The translations under genes were made by a program, and so were the position numbers. Shown here in pieces: positions 37,676 to 50,810 of a stretch of DNA of 64,000 bases. The stretch comes from Octopus vulgaris (lineage: Eukaryota). The notes under the pieces are model-generated. The model did no database searches. It was not told the origin of the DNA and worked only from the letters and a program-made list of their open reading frames with translations. Location: contig OX597816.1 of assembly GCA_951406725.2 (NCBI GenBank), forward strand, positions 168,144,001 through 168,208,000, written 5' to 3'. Each line of letters starts with the position of its first letter. Positions within the stretch are counted from its first letter, which is position 1.

Positions 37676-38067
37676 CTTTATATATAAAAGTGAGGTTGTG
37701 TGCTGTCTGTCTCCTACGATTTAGATTCCTAACTACTCCCACATTTTGCGGTGCCAAAAGCGGGTATCTTATAGTCGTGATTCATATCGAGCCCTTCTGG
37801 GTATTAGCGTGCGTCTACGATGAGTCTACGATTTTAAAAATAATTTACCATCATTTTTTCCATTTTAATGCATTTTTTTGCTATTATATAAAGGAAGTAA
37901 CTCTCTAAAAATGTCTACGATGAGTCAACGATTTAAAAAAAAATTTACCATAATTTTTTTTCCATTTTTAATGCATTTTTTTTGCTATTTTTTGGCTATA
38001 ACTCTCTAAAAATGCTTATATAGTTATTTCCCTTACAAACCCGAGCAACGCCGGGCGATACCGCTAG
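37676..38067 (+). mobile_element. Non-autonomous Helitron-like element
   Basis: A|TCTTTATATATAAAAG...CCCGAGCAACGCCGGGCGATACCGCTAG|T. Confidence 0.88.
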
Positions 38068-38435
38068 TAATTGATATAAATCATATACTAGTTCGTTTTT
38101 TATATACCCACCTATTTTGTTCTATTAATCACATCTTTTTAAAGACTCAAAACAAGTTCATCTTACTATCTTTCCTTCTACTACATTTTCACCATACTTT
38201 ATTTACTTTATCTAGCTCAGTATATTTTTATATACCATGTTAGTTCAAATATTCTTACTCTCTCTCTCCATTTCTCTCATTCTGTTTAAACTTTCGCCTT
38301 ATTTATCTTTTTGTTGATATTCCTCTATATTTCATAAACACAATATCTGTAAACTTCTCTCTCATTCCTTTAAATTTTCCCTTTCTCTTCTTTCTTTATT
38401 ATTACTACATCCAGGTTATCAATTATAACCAACCT

Positions 38436-38500
<65 letters not shown>

Positions 38501-38614
38501 ATCACACACCATCTTCACATAATAACCACTACATTTAATTTCCTTTCTAATATTTTACAAAATCTCCCTTCTTCCTCTCTATAAAATTTCTTTTAAGTAT
38601 TGAGTAAATCAAAA

Positions 38615-38997
38615 TCGAAATGAAAATCAAAATCAAAATCGATCAACATCAATGGAAATTGTAGCTGTGATACCAGTGCCAGTGGCACGTAAGAGAACCA
38701 TCCGAATGTGGCCATTGCCAGCCCTGCCCCGACTGGCCTCTGTGCCGGTGGCACGTAAAAGGCACCATCCGATCGTGGCCGTTTGCCAGCCTCGTCTGGC
38801 ACCTGTGCAGGTGGCATGTAAAAAGCACCCACTACACTCACGGAGTGGTTGGCGTTAGGAGGGGCATCCAGCCGTAAAAACACTGCCAGATCAGACTGGG
38901 CCTGGTGCAGCTTTCTGGCTTCCCAGACCCCAGTTGAACCGTCAATCCCATGCTAGCATGGAAAGCAGACGCTAAACGATGATGATGATGATGATGA
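38615..38997 (+). mobile_element. Retroposon 3' region (RTE-related SINE family)
   Basis: Family motif and (GAT)n tail. Confidence 0.85.
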
Positions 38998-39257
38998 TTC
39001 TTCCATATATAAATTTGAAGATGTTTTTTTATGTGTATACAGAGTTGAAGAATATCTGTAATCCTATTCTGTTGAACTGAAGATATTGCCTTCACTTGCA
39101 AAATGTACAACAGTACCTTGCAATTTGTAGCATACAACTAATGCAGATGTGTATAATAATTTATTATGCACTGACATGAAATTCTTTTTGCATGATGTTG
39201 GCTGCGAAACGGACATCATCCTATGCATGCCAATTGACGAAATAGATATATTTATTT

Positions 39258-39445
39258 TAGGGAGAGTTTACGAAAAAAGCAAAAGACGAAGACAGGTGGT
39301 GTACAAAACAAACAGATGAATAAGTTTAACGCTCAGGAATAGAAAAAGTCTTTTACGTTTCGAGCCTACGCTCTTCTACAGAAAGGGACACAGAAAAAAA
39401 ACAAGGAGAGAAAAAAATGTGTGTAGTGGCTAACGACCTATCATC
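39258..39445 (-). mobile_element. Penelope-type pseudo-LTR fragment with degenerate minimal hammerhead (39348-39385); partial second copy at 40383-40500
   Basis: Minus strand ..TAGAAGA-GCGTAGGCTC-GAAA-CG-TA. The start AGGGAGA..AAAAGA(C/T)GAAGACAGGTGGTGT recurs at 40383. Confidence 0.5.
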
Positions 39446-39809
39446 TTCTGATTTTCTTAGATTCCATATATGTACATCATCATCATCATTTTACATTATA
39501 TATCATGAGCTCTCCCATCATTAGACGATTTACAAAGGTTTGGCAATTTCTGGCTGAGCAACTACACAGATGATTTGTTTATAATGATCACATGTTTCTG
39601 TTCACATAAGCGCCACTCCCTCCATCAAATTGGCATTATCTGTACAAGTGCACCGCGTGCCACATGTCAAATGATGAAATGATTGCAGAGCAATGCAAAA
39701 TGAAGTGCTTTACTCAAGAACATGATGCAATGCCTGGTCTGGGAATCGAACCCGCGATCTTGCAATCATAAGTGCAACACCTTAACCACTAAGCCATGTG
39801 TCTTCACTA

Positions 39810-40385
<576 letters not shown>

Positions 40386-41001
40386 ATGTATGTGTACATA
40401 TATAGGGAGAATTCACAAAAAAAAAAAATCAAAAGATGAAGACAGGTGGTGTAGACAACAAACAGATGTATTAGTTTAATGATCAGGTCGTGAAAATGTC
40501 TATCCACATCTTCATTTATCTGCCACTTGCTTCTCACACACTTGCAAACTTAGTCACCAATACCACTTCTCTAATATCCTTCTTCCTTTAACTCAAGGGT
40601 ACACCCTGAGACATTTTCATCACCATCTTCTCTCTCTCTCTTTCTCTCTCAACTAGGGTAACTATGTATTTCCTCCGCAGCAATACACCTATTCCTGTTC
40701 CTTTATCATACTTTGATCTCTTATCACCTGGTATAAAGCCACCACCCTAGGTGCAACTCTCCACCTCAGTTAAGGGGTCCTGTTCTGCAAGTTACTTAGG
40801 GACTTCACTAGAGCTGGTGCTATTTACAAAGCATCGACTACACTCTGTAAAGTGGTTGACATTAGGAAGGGCATTCAGTTGTAGAAACCATGCCCAAACA
40901 GAGAATGGAGCTCAGTGGAGTCCTTTGACTTGCCAGCTCCTGTCAAACCATCCAACCCAGGCCAGCATGAAAAACAGACGTTTAATGATGATTTATATAG
41001 G

Positions 41002-41055
<54 letters not shown>

Positions 41056-41177
41056 TGTATGTATGTATGTATGTATGTATGTCATATATGTATGTATGTC
41101 ATACATGTATGTAGACCGTCATACAAACATTCACACATATACAGACCCTCACACTTACAAACACACACACACACTCA

Positions 41178-41216
<39 letters not shown>

Positions 41217-42172
41217 CACACACACACACAAACACACACACACTCACAAACACACACACACACACAGCATATGTATATAGTAGTGTTATTTTAAATGAAA
41301 CCCTTCAGCGAGCTTTAGCAGACCAAAGCTTCCGGTTAAAGTGAAAGCATTTCACTATATTCCGGCACTAAAAGGAAAATATTAATTTTTTTTTAAATAT
41401 TTCCCAAGGCGATGGAATGACAAATCCGTTGGAGCGTCGGACAAAATACTTTGTAACATTTGGTTACGACTCTTTACACTCCGAGTTCAAATAGCACCGC
41501 GATAAACTTTGTTTTCTGCCCTTCCGGGGTTGGTTAAATAAAATGCTTGTCAAGCGTTAAAACCGATTTCAACTATATTATACTCAAAAATGTGTGGCCT
41601 TGTACCGCTGTTAGAAATATATGTAGGTCAGTGTTTTGCGTTCAAATCCTAACATGTTCGGCTTTGCTTTCATTCTTGTGGGGTGGATAAAACACGGTAC
41701 AAATTAAGCTCAATCAACTATACCCTCTCACAAATGTAAAAATCAATACACACACACACTCACGCAATTAAAGGCGCTAATTATAATTTTGGATAATATT
41801 ATTAATCAATTATTATTATCAAACATAGTGGGCCCCAAACTCTTTATTTACTTAATGTCTATTAGTCGGTTATTGTCATCGAAAGTCTCCCCCTGAAGTG
41901 AACTCGGATTACTATAAGCAGATACCACTGTATAAACTAAAATTCCAACGATGAAATAATTAAATTGTTCGTTATACGGGATTAAAAAAAAAAATTTCGA
42001 TGTTTACTTTAACCGGAAGCTTTGTTCTGCTAAACCTCCACACAAAACCTTAGATAACTCTTATTATATCCATATACCTCCCACACTCTCTTCGTCCACA
42101 CATGCATGCATGCATCCATACAGATATAAGACATGTGTGTGTGTGTGGGGGGGATAGATAGATAGATAGATT

Positions 42173-42228
<56 letters not shown>

Positions 42229-42334
42229 CAGAGAGGGAGAGAGAGATACGTTTGTATTAATCGGCATAAATTGCAGAGTGATTCCGGGGTGGTGAGTTTC
42301 CTGACTTGGAACTTATCACCAACCCTAGATAGGG

Positions 42335-42379
<45 letters not shown>

Positions 42380-42480
42380 TGTATGGGTGTGTGTGCATGT
42401 GTGTGAGTGTGTGTGTATGTGTGTGTGCGTGCGTACGTGCGTGTGTGTGTGCGTATACACACACACGTGTAGTGTGTTTA

Positions 42481-42511
<31 letters not shown>

Positions 42512-42821
42512 GTATATACACACACATGTAGTGTATTTGTGTATGCGTGCGCGTATACACACACACACACACACTATAACAAACCAACACTCTGAATACA
42601 AACAACATTCCTTTTCATTATCATAATAACGCAAATCATTATCCAAAATTTAACAATTATCTGATTAAACGCGCTTTGATAAAACTGATTAATATGTATG
42701 CAATTATATGCTTCTCCAAATTAAATTAATTTGAAGATAAAGCGATTTTATAAATTAAATTCTTTTTTAAATGAAAATCGATTACATTACATAAAACTCT
42801 ATGAGTAAAATCGTCATTTAC

Positions 42822-42880
42822 CTGTGTATATCTTCATCAGAAACTCCCAAAAAGCTGAACATTGACGCCCGACGGGACAT
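42822..42880 (-). CDS. Candidate first coding exon of a minus-strand host gene (MSRRASMFSFLGVSDEDIH; ATG near 42872)
   Basis: Minus strand ACA-ATG TCC CGT CGG GCG TCA ATG TTC...ATA CAC AG|GTAAAT. Unique, CpG-retaining sequence with a strong donor. Coordinates approximate. Confidence 0.5.
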
Positions 42881-43100
42881 TGTGGATTACTTGATGAGTG
42901 ATAAAAACCTAAGTGCGTTATCTATCTGAGCTTGAAGTTTCGCTCGTCGTCTGCTGATGAGAAAGGTCGGTTTGGCTCCTGGTTTCAACAAGGGGGACTA
43001 ACTATGAAATCGACATCAACATGTCAAACCAACTGTTTACCGTCGCTTTTTCCGCTTTTCTATTCATAGTAGCAAAACACAAGGTACCTTTAAGGTTAGA
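42880..43100 (-). promoter_or_regulatory. Candidate promoter/5' UTR (CpG-retaining, non-repetitive)
   Basis: Local CpG enrichment (CGCTCGTCGTCTGCTG, CCGTCGC) immediately upstream of the candidate ATG. Confidence 0.35.
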
Positions 43101-43378
43101 AAAAAAAAATGCTTCGTGAAATTAATATGGTGTTTCAAGTTGACAAATCATATTTAATATTTTTGTCGTTTATTCATAACAACGATAAATAAGGAAGTTT
43201 TTAAAAAGAAATATATTTTACTAGGAAAAAATATGAGGAAACAGAAAAGAAAAAAATTGGTGGTTTGTGAGTGTTTTCAAAACTCAATCTCTGTTTGAAG
43301 AAATTTCTGAAACAATGAAAAATCAATTAATTTTGTATCATTTTGCCAGTTTAGTGTTAAAATTTGTTAATAGAAATT

Positions 43379-43750
43379 AGGCACAGGAGTGGCTGTGTGG
43401 TAAGTAGCTTGTTTACCAACCACATGGTTCCGGGTTCAGTCCCACTGCGTGGCACCTTGGGCAAGTGTCTTCTACTATAGCCTCGGGCCGACCAAAGCCT
43501 TGTGAGTGGATTTGGTAGACGGAAACTGAAAGAAGCCCGTCGTATATATGTGTGTGTTTGTGTGTCTGTGTTTTTTGCTTGACAACCGATGCTGGTGTGT
43601 TTATGTCCCCGTTACTTAGCGGTTCGGCAAAATAGACCGATAAGAATAAGTCTAGAGACCAAAAGAATAAGTCCCAGGGTCGAGTTGCTCGATTAAAGGC
43701 GGTGCTCCAGCATGGCCGCAGTCAAATGACTGAAACAAGTAAAAGAGTTA
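43379..43750 (+). mobile_element. SINE family A (OK-like)
   Basis: Full family structure with CpGs retained. Confidence 0.9.
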
Positions 43751-44381
43751 AGGGTATGATATTGATTATGATGACATATTTATACTCTATGCTGCGATTC
43801 TGTTTATTAGTTCTGTATGTTCGGAGAAAAAACTGCAGTAGTTGTAGGGGTTTTATACTTTAATTGCGGTTAGGATCTTGATGTCAACTCTTATCAAAGT
43901 TTTCCAGCAAGGATCATTCATTCTTTTTAATTTCTCTTTAGGATAGTAAGTTCTACTTTGAGGGTTATTCGGCTGTTACTTCTAGCAAGTCCAGTGGTTG
44001 ATTCAAGAAGTAATGTTAACTTATAGTAACAGCAGAAAAGCTTGATGTAGAGAAGGTGGATAAAAATACCTTCTGGTATTCAGTTAAGTATCTTGACATA
44101 CTAATTTCAAGTCCCACCGGGGTTAATTTATCTTTCCTTCTCTGGTGACCAATAAAATAAAGTATGACTCAATTGAACAGTGCATAACCACGTGGTTTCG
44201 AATTCGATTGTACTCCGCGACGACGCTTTGGTCATGTGTCTTCTCTAGTTTTGAGCTGAACTACCTATTGTGAGGGAAATTTGGTAGAGAGAAACTGTGC
44301 GGAAGCCTACCGTGCCCGTGTGTACATATATGTACGTCTGTGTGTGCGCGTCTACGGATGTCTGCGTGTGTGGCAGCTGTT

Positions 44382-44797
44382 GGATCTTTTCGGTTTGAAC
44401 GGCAGTTTTCAACATAATTTCTAGGTAACTAAAAAATTTTAAACTTCGTATACTGGTAGAATGTGTTTATAAAACACCTTTTCTCTTGGCTTTCTTGAGA
44501 AATTCTATAGTCTGTAAGATATTTGTTTTTTCTTCAATTTCGGCAATTTCAACCAATCACTGACGTCAATTGAGGTAAAAAAACATTCTGTGCCGTATGA
44601 ATATGTCCCTCGTTTAAGAAACAGATTGGGTTTATTTACATTTGTGAAGACAAAAATATACCCTTCCCCCACCTTAACCCTAACTCTAACCCTAAAACAG
44701 ATTGAAATGCAATAGATTGATACTAGGGTCATAATTATGGGTGACAATTTCATATGACACCACTAGAAAAAAACTGCCGTTCAAACCGAAAAGATCC
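44382..44797. mobile_element. MITE family A
   Basis: TIRs and perfect 8-bp TSD CAGCTGTT. Confidence 0.95.
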
Positions 44798-45237
44798 CAG
44801 CTGTTAAATGTTCTGAGGTTGATTTAATCCCACGTTATGTTGTCTTACAGCTCAATTCTGACGAGGTCGGTTTTGTCTTTCATGCTCTCGGAATCGATAA
44901 AATAAGTACCACATGAGCGCTGGGGTTGAATGTATTTGACTAGACCATCCCTCATCCACCCCAAAAATTTCAGGCCTTGTGCCTGCAGTAGAAAAAATTA
45001 TTATACTCTTTACTCTTACTCTTTTACTCTTTTACTTGTTTCAGTCATTTGACTGCGGCCATGCTGGAGCACCGCCTTAAATCGAGCAAACTCGACCCCG
45101 GGACTTATTCTTTTTGTAAGCCCAGTACTTATTCTATCGGTCTCTTTTGCCGAACTGCTAAGAAACGGGGACATAAACACACCAGCATCGGTTGTCAAGC
45201 AATGCTAGGGAGATAATCACAGACACACAAACACACA

Positions 45238-45281
<44 letters not shown>

Positions 45282-45365
45282 TACGACGGGCTTAAATCTT
45301 GAAGTGAATCGAATGGCTTTTGTGTGTTTCTTAAATGGCTTATAAACACCTTCCACGCTGCAATT

Positions 45366-45414
<49 letters not shown>

Positions 45415-45564
45415 GTGAAATAGAAAGATGAATAATCTTGTAGTAGATTAATCAAAAGTTTAACCGATACCTTAGTAGCAAAAATCACAGCAGTAAAACA
45501 GCACGGTTGGAGGTACAACCATATGGTGTTGCAACCGTGCGTTGGTGCGGATAATTGAAATTAG

Positions 45565-46346
45565 AACATTATTGGTGAATTGAAGAAATGGAGCTGAACG
45601 CAGATTGAACAGAAATCGTTTTATTTCATTCTACACGTGTTTCGAAAGGCACAAATTACCAAAATCCGATGGAATAATGGGACCATATTGTGTCTTTCTC
45701 TTCAGGAAGAAAATAGGAAATCCGTTGGAAAAACAAAAACAGAACAGAGGCGGAGCAAAAACAAATCGAACTATGCTCCTAAGAGCCCATGGCGAAACTG
45801 TTTATCAGTGTATGTTGAGAACCGGTGGCTGAAGAATTCAACGGGTCAGGCATCGGTCAATCATGTGGGTGAGGGGGCGTAGATGTTCTTTGTGACCGAG
45901 AATAAAGTTCTAACTATTTAAGGAATATTGGATGTTTTATAAGGGGCGAGAAAAAATCTACTCTCGCCCCTTATAAAACATCCAATATTCCTTAAATAGT
46001 TAGAACTTTATTCTCGGTCACAAAGAACATCTACGCCCCCTCACCCACATGATTGACCGATGCCTGACCCGTTGAATTCTTCAGCCACCGGTTCTCAACA
46101 TACACTGATAAACAGTTTCGCCATGGGCTCTTAGGAGCATAGTTCGATTTGTTTTTGCTCCGCCTCTGTTCTGTTTTTGTTTTTCCAACGGATTTCCTAT
46201 TTTCTTCCTGAAGAGAAAGACACAATATGGTCCCATTATTCCATCGGATTTTGGTAATTTGTGCCTTTCGAAACACGTGTAGAATGAAATAAAACGATTT
46301 CTGTTCAATCTGCGTTCAGCTCCATTTCTTCAATTCACCAATAATG

Positions 46347-46348
<2 letters not shown>
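45565..46348. repeat. Perfect palindrome: 387-bp arms with 10-bp spacer (inverted Penelope-type pseudo-LTR)
   Basis: 45565-45951 is the reverse complement of 45962-46348. The ORF track shows identical peptides on opposite strands. Confidence 0.97.
46200..46290 (+). ncRNA. Type I hammerhead ribozyme motif with long stem II (mirror copy on minus strand at 45623-45713)
   Basis: TTTCTTC-CTGAAGA-GAAAGACACAA...TTGTGCCTTTC-GAAA-CACGTG-TA-GAATGAAA. Canonical core, G10.1-C11.1, palindromic stem III, GUA site. Confidence 0.75.
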
Positions 46349-46382
<34 letters not shown>

Positions 46383-46974
46383 GACAGGCTTCTTTCAGTT
46401 TCCGTCTACCAAATCCACTCACAAGGCTTTGGTCGGCCCGAGGCTATAGCAGAAGACACTTGCCCAAGGTGCCACGCAGTGGGACTGAACCCGGAACCAT
46501 GTGGTTGGTTAGCAAGCTACTTACCACACAGCCACTCCTGCGCCCTTATATATTTTCTATTAGCATCAGAAACAATTTTTAGTTGTAATAGCAAAAGCAT
46601 CACCACACTGAAGACTGGTTTTAATGTATCAGTGGATGATATAAACATCGCCAGTCAGAAAGCCGACAAACGGTTGTTTTCCGACTGAAATACCCTGAAT
46701 AATTTCTAATTATTGTACACTCACACTCGCTATTCTCGCCATCGTAAATGCAGTGATCCAGTAAATTGACCAGTTAGAAATATTTGACCTACGATGTTTA
46801 TTGTTCACCAAGTGCAATATAAAATAATTACAAGTTTCAAAAATTCTATCAAAGAGCATTGTTAACAGGTGCAAGAAACAAATAGGATACCGGGGTCGAT
46901 TTAATCGGCTACACTCCATCCCATGATAAAAATCATTATTATTAAGGGTAGTAACAACCGTATCACTTCACCGA

Positions 46975-47420
46975 AGAGTGGGTCATTGTATCGGCAGGTC
47001 TTGAAGAAAATCAAACGTTTCCAACAGCTCACACTTCGTGCAATCGTAAGGATCTGATGGAAGGACTATATCATCAATGAAGAGGTTCTACTCCGGGCCG
47101 GACTGCCCAGTATTAAAGCTACCTTGGCATCGCGTCCACTGTTCGGGATACATCATACGTATACCTCAAATGCACCTCTTCCGTCAACTCCTCTTTGTGG
47201 AGTTGGCCTCAGGCACCAGATCACGTGGAGCCCCTAAATTCCGTTTCTGAGACCAACTCAAGGCCACTCTCCTCCGCTGCTCCATTTACCTAGGAGACAA
47301 TTGTCAAGGACCGTCCAAAGTGGCGGCATATCATCATCATCATCATCAAAGGAACGGACAGATGGAAAATAACACACCTCAAGAGGCAGAGATCAGGCGT
47401 CGAACACGCAAACAGCGACT
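46975..47420 (+). mobile_element. RTE/BovB-like LINE 3' coding remnant
   Basis: 'RFQQLTLRAIVRI*WKDYIINEEVLLRAGLPSI', 'RQLLFVELASGTRSRGAPKFRF*DQLK'. Confidence 0.8.
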
Positions 47421-47609
47421 CGCATTTCCTTGCACCCTGCCAACTTTCCCTTAGCCTGAACATCCACCTCAGGTACCGGCACCCTTCAAGATGAAGAGGC
47501 TCAATCATTCGCTACAGATTAACTACTCGCATATGAGTTAATGCCAACGACCTTGTAATGGTAGACACGGTATGATACGACCCCCACATCATTGGCAAGC
47601 CGTGAAAAG

Positions 47610-48449
47610 GAGATCTTTTCCCTTTGAACGGCAGATTGAGAAATTAATTTTTTTCTAAGTAAACACTTTCAAACTTTGGACACTGGTAGAATGTGTCATA
47701 TAAATCATCTTTTACTCTTAGCGTTTTTGAGAAAAGTTTATATTTACGAATTTATTTCGTGTTAAAGTCGTCGTATTTCGGTAATTTCAACCAATCAATG
47801 ACGTGTATTCAGCTGAATAAAATTACTGCCGTTGTTTGTCAACAACAACTATCGGCGGTATATATTCCGTTTGTCACTGTTATTTATGGCATCGTTCGTG
47901 CGTTTGTACTGGTTTTAGCTTTAGGCTTTTAGGGTTTGGATTAAAGTTTTAGGGTTTTAGAGTTAGAGTTACGGGGAAAAAAATGAAAAATGAAGAGATT
48001 AGAAGAGTAGTGATAGGGGGCAAAAAGTCTTTCCGAAAATAGTAGCTGAAAAAAATAGGAAAAAAACCTAAAAGCAGAAGAAATGCACGAACGATTGTGG
48101 TAGTGCCACGAAGTAAACATGCTTCAGATACATTTGTTTATTCATACAAACATAACTGAGATGAAATATGTCATAAATAACAGTGACAAACGAAATTATA
48201 CACCGCCGGAAGTTGTTGTTGACAAACAATGGCAGTAATTTTATTCAGCTGAATACACGTCATTGATTGGTTGAAATTACCGAAATACGACAACTTTAAC
48301 ACGAAATAACTTCGTAAATATAAGCTCTTCTCAAAAACGCTAAGAGTAAAACATGGTTTATATGACATATTCTACCAGTATACGAAGTTTGAAAGTGTTT
48401 AGTTACAAAAAATTATTTTCTAAATCTTATGGTCAAAAGGTAAATATCC
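47610..48449. mobile_element. Long-TIR fold-back element related to MITE family A
   Basis: About 47611-47890 is the reverse complement of about 48170-48449 (near-identical ORFs on opposite strands). A partial copy lies at 61615-61818. Confidence 0.85.
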
Positions 48450-48902
48450 TAAGTCCGTAGATTCGGGTGGCGCGTTGGGCAAGTGCTAGCAACCCCTTAG
48501 CCTCCGGTGCCAGGGATACAGTGAAGATGTTGGCAGCAGAACGCTGGATAGCCGACAATGCGAAGGAGTCCTAGACCAACAGCTTGAAGATAATTGCAGC
48601 CAAGCGGAAGATCTGTACTGTCAGACAACACTTGGGTGTCAACCTAGCGACTGAGCTGCTACTACGGGGCCGTCTCATCGTTGACCATGCTCTTTGCACT
48701 CTTGTACACTACTTGATTCTTGGCATGGAGGTCCAGTGAAGCAGTCTGATGGTGTGTGTGCGTGGGGGGAGGGATGATGTCATCTGCCTTACTCAATATC
48801 CAAAGGCCCTTTTGTTCCCTAACAGAATAGTCAACGTCAAACTACAACGGACAGCCGACGACGATGATAACGATGGACAACAAAGTGAAAAGAAAACAAC
48901 AG

Positions 48903-49083
48903 GGCGATACTTCGGTATAGGTAGACACGTGACTTTGTTTACATTTCTGAAGATAACAGAAACCCTTTTCTCCCACCCCTAACCCTAACCCTACCCCCCA
49001 CCATATATAAAAAAAAAACCCCTTTCTTGAAATGTATCCGGTACTTCTGGTACTTACACCGGTACATATACCGAAGGTTCGCC
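48903..49083. mobile_element. Small MITE with (CCCTAA) repeats, 8-bp TSD
   Basis: GGCGATACTTCGGTATA / TATACCGAAGGTTCGCC. TSD AACAACAG/AACAACGG. Confidence 0.8.
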
Positions 49084-49122
49084 AACAACGGCCAAAACAT
49101 TCCACGATAAACTACAGATTTT

Positions 49123-49549
49123 GGCGATCTTTCGTCTCTAGTAGACCTTTCCGTCGATTTCCGTAAAAAATTTTTTTTTTTTTACGTATGGGCTTGCGGG
49201 AACTTTTGAAGTAATATACATACATATACACATACACCGAGTAAAAAATTTCAGTTATCTCTTTCTTTCACACATTACACTGTCTCTTCACACACACTAA
49301 CAGAAGCACTTCACTTACACAACATACTGTCTGTCTCCCACACCCCATCAAACACACACACACACACATGTACATCAATGCTTCACATGCACGGTAACTT
49401 CAAAAGAACTTCCCACGTCATACAATCGATGCTTTCTCTTAGTCTCTTTCGCTCTCATTACTTCAAAAGTTCCCGCAAGCCCATATGTAAAAAAAAAAAA
49501 TTTTTTTACGGAAATCGACGGAAAGGTCTACTAGAGACGAAAGATTGCC
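49123..49549. mobile_element. MITE with ~90-bp TIRs, 8-bp TSD
   Basis: GGCGATCTTTCGTCTCTAGTAGACC.. / ..GGTCTACTAGAGACGAAAGATTGCC. TSD CAGATTTT/TAGATTTT. Confidence 0.9.
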
Positions 49550-49813
49550 TAGATTTTTTTTTAAAGCTCGTAATAATGCAACGTTATGTAGGAACTCAAG
49601 AGAATCTCGAACAAACTCTTCTCCACTTCCATTTGAGTTTATTTGGTGACATGTTCATAATCACAACACATTCATGGCATTCACCAAATGTATTAGACGT
49701 TGCTATGCTAGGTAATGTCGATTATAAATTATGATTTTGTTTTCTCCTTTTCATTTTATTCACTGCACTTCTTTTAACTTTGTTGTCCACCGATACAGGT
49801 ACTTAACTGAATA

Positions 49814-50205
49814 GTGGAGGCGCAATGGCCCAGTGGTTAGGGCAGCGGACTCGCGGTCATAGGATCGCGGTTTCGATTCCCAGACCGGGCGTTGTGAGTG
49901 TTTATTGAGCGAAAACACCTAAAAGTTCCACGAAGCTCCGGCAGGGGATGGTGGTGATCCCTGCTGTACTCTTTCACCACAACTTTCTCTCACTCTTACT
50001 TCCTGTTTCTGTTGTACCTATATTTCAAGGAGCCGGCCTTGTCACACTCTGTGTCACGCTGAATATCCCCGAGAACTACGTTAAGGGTGCACATGTCTGT
50101 GGAGTGCTCAGCCACTTACACGTTAATTTCACGAGCAGGCTGTTCCGTTGATTCGGATCAACCGGAACCCTCAACGTCGTAACCGACGGAGTGCTTCCAT
50201 CCATT
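49814..50205 (+). mobile_element. SINE family B (OR1-like), full length
   Basis: tRNA-like head TGGCCCAGTGGTTAGGGCAGCGGACTCGCGG..GTTTCGATTCC. 11-bp TSD TTAACTGAATA. Confidence 0.92.
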
Positions 50206-50589
50206 TAACTGAATATCGTCTTGAGATCTCTAATAATTCCATTCATATTTAGGATGCATTAAAGGAATGTTAAAGGTTTGGGTTTTTTTTTCCTATGAGG
50301 TTACGAGGATTATATGACAAATGTCAGCTGAATTAATTGGGAAAAACAATATTTTGAAAGAAATGATATTTATCTACTATAATACTTTTGTAACATCAGT
50401 TGTAAGAGTTTAGACTTCCATTCCCTACATCAGACTCAAGACATCCAAAATGTGCCTTGGTGTTAGTTTGATATTGTTTATACATAGGTTAACCTTGGTC
50501 AAGCAAATCTATGATCAAAGACGTTCCAGGTATGACCATCCCGTCATTTTATCTATATCGTAGTCGCTGGAACCTGACTTGGCTTTATA

Positions 50590-50810
50590 GGCGGCGAGCT
50601 GGCAGAAACGTTAGCACGCCGGGCGAAATGCGTAGCCGTATTTCGTCTGCCGTTACGCTCTGAGTTCAAATTCCGCCGAGGTCAACCTTGCCTTTTATCC
50701 TTTCGGGGTCGATAAATTAAGTACCAGTTACGCACTGGAGTCGATGTAATCGATTTAATCCCTTTGTCTGTCCCCTCTGTGTTTAGCCCCTTGTGGGCAA
50801 TAAAGAAATA
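50590..50810 (+). mobile_element. tRNA-derived SINE family C with Nin/Deu-like core
   Basis: GGCGGCGAGCTGGCAGAA head, B-box GAGTTCAAATTCC, core CCTTTCGGGGTCGATAAATTAAGTACCAG. Degenerate copies at about 41410, 41630, 44100 and 44850. Confidence 0.8.

Larger units (their letters stand above)
45004..46545 (-). mobile_element. SINE family A split at its internal (TA)n by a ~1.1-kb Penelope-type insertion
   Basis: Tail half at 45004-45292, head half at 46381-46545. ATATACGAC(G/A)GGCTT appears on both sides. Confidence 0.85.

Noticed and set aside
42892-42960. TGATGA...CTGA (C/D snoRNA) or CTGATGA hammerhead core near the candidate promoter
   Set aside because: C-D spacing too short with no terminal stem. 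No GAAA after the possible stem II.
45788-45840. GAAA...CTGAAGA type II hammerhead on the plus strand of the left arm
   Set aside because: The cleavage position would be G and stem II does not pair.
49814-49890. tRNA-like sequence
   Set aside because: SINE head followed by the SINE body and flanked by a TSD. Not a tRNA gene.
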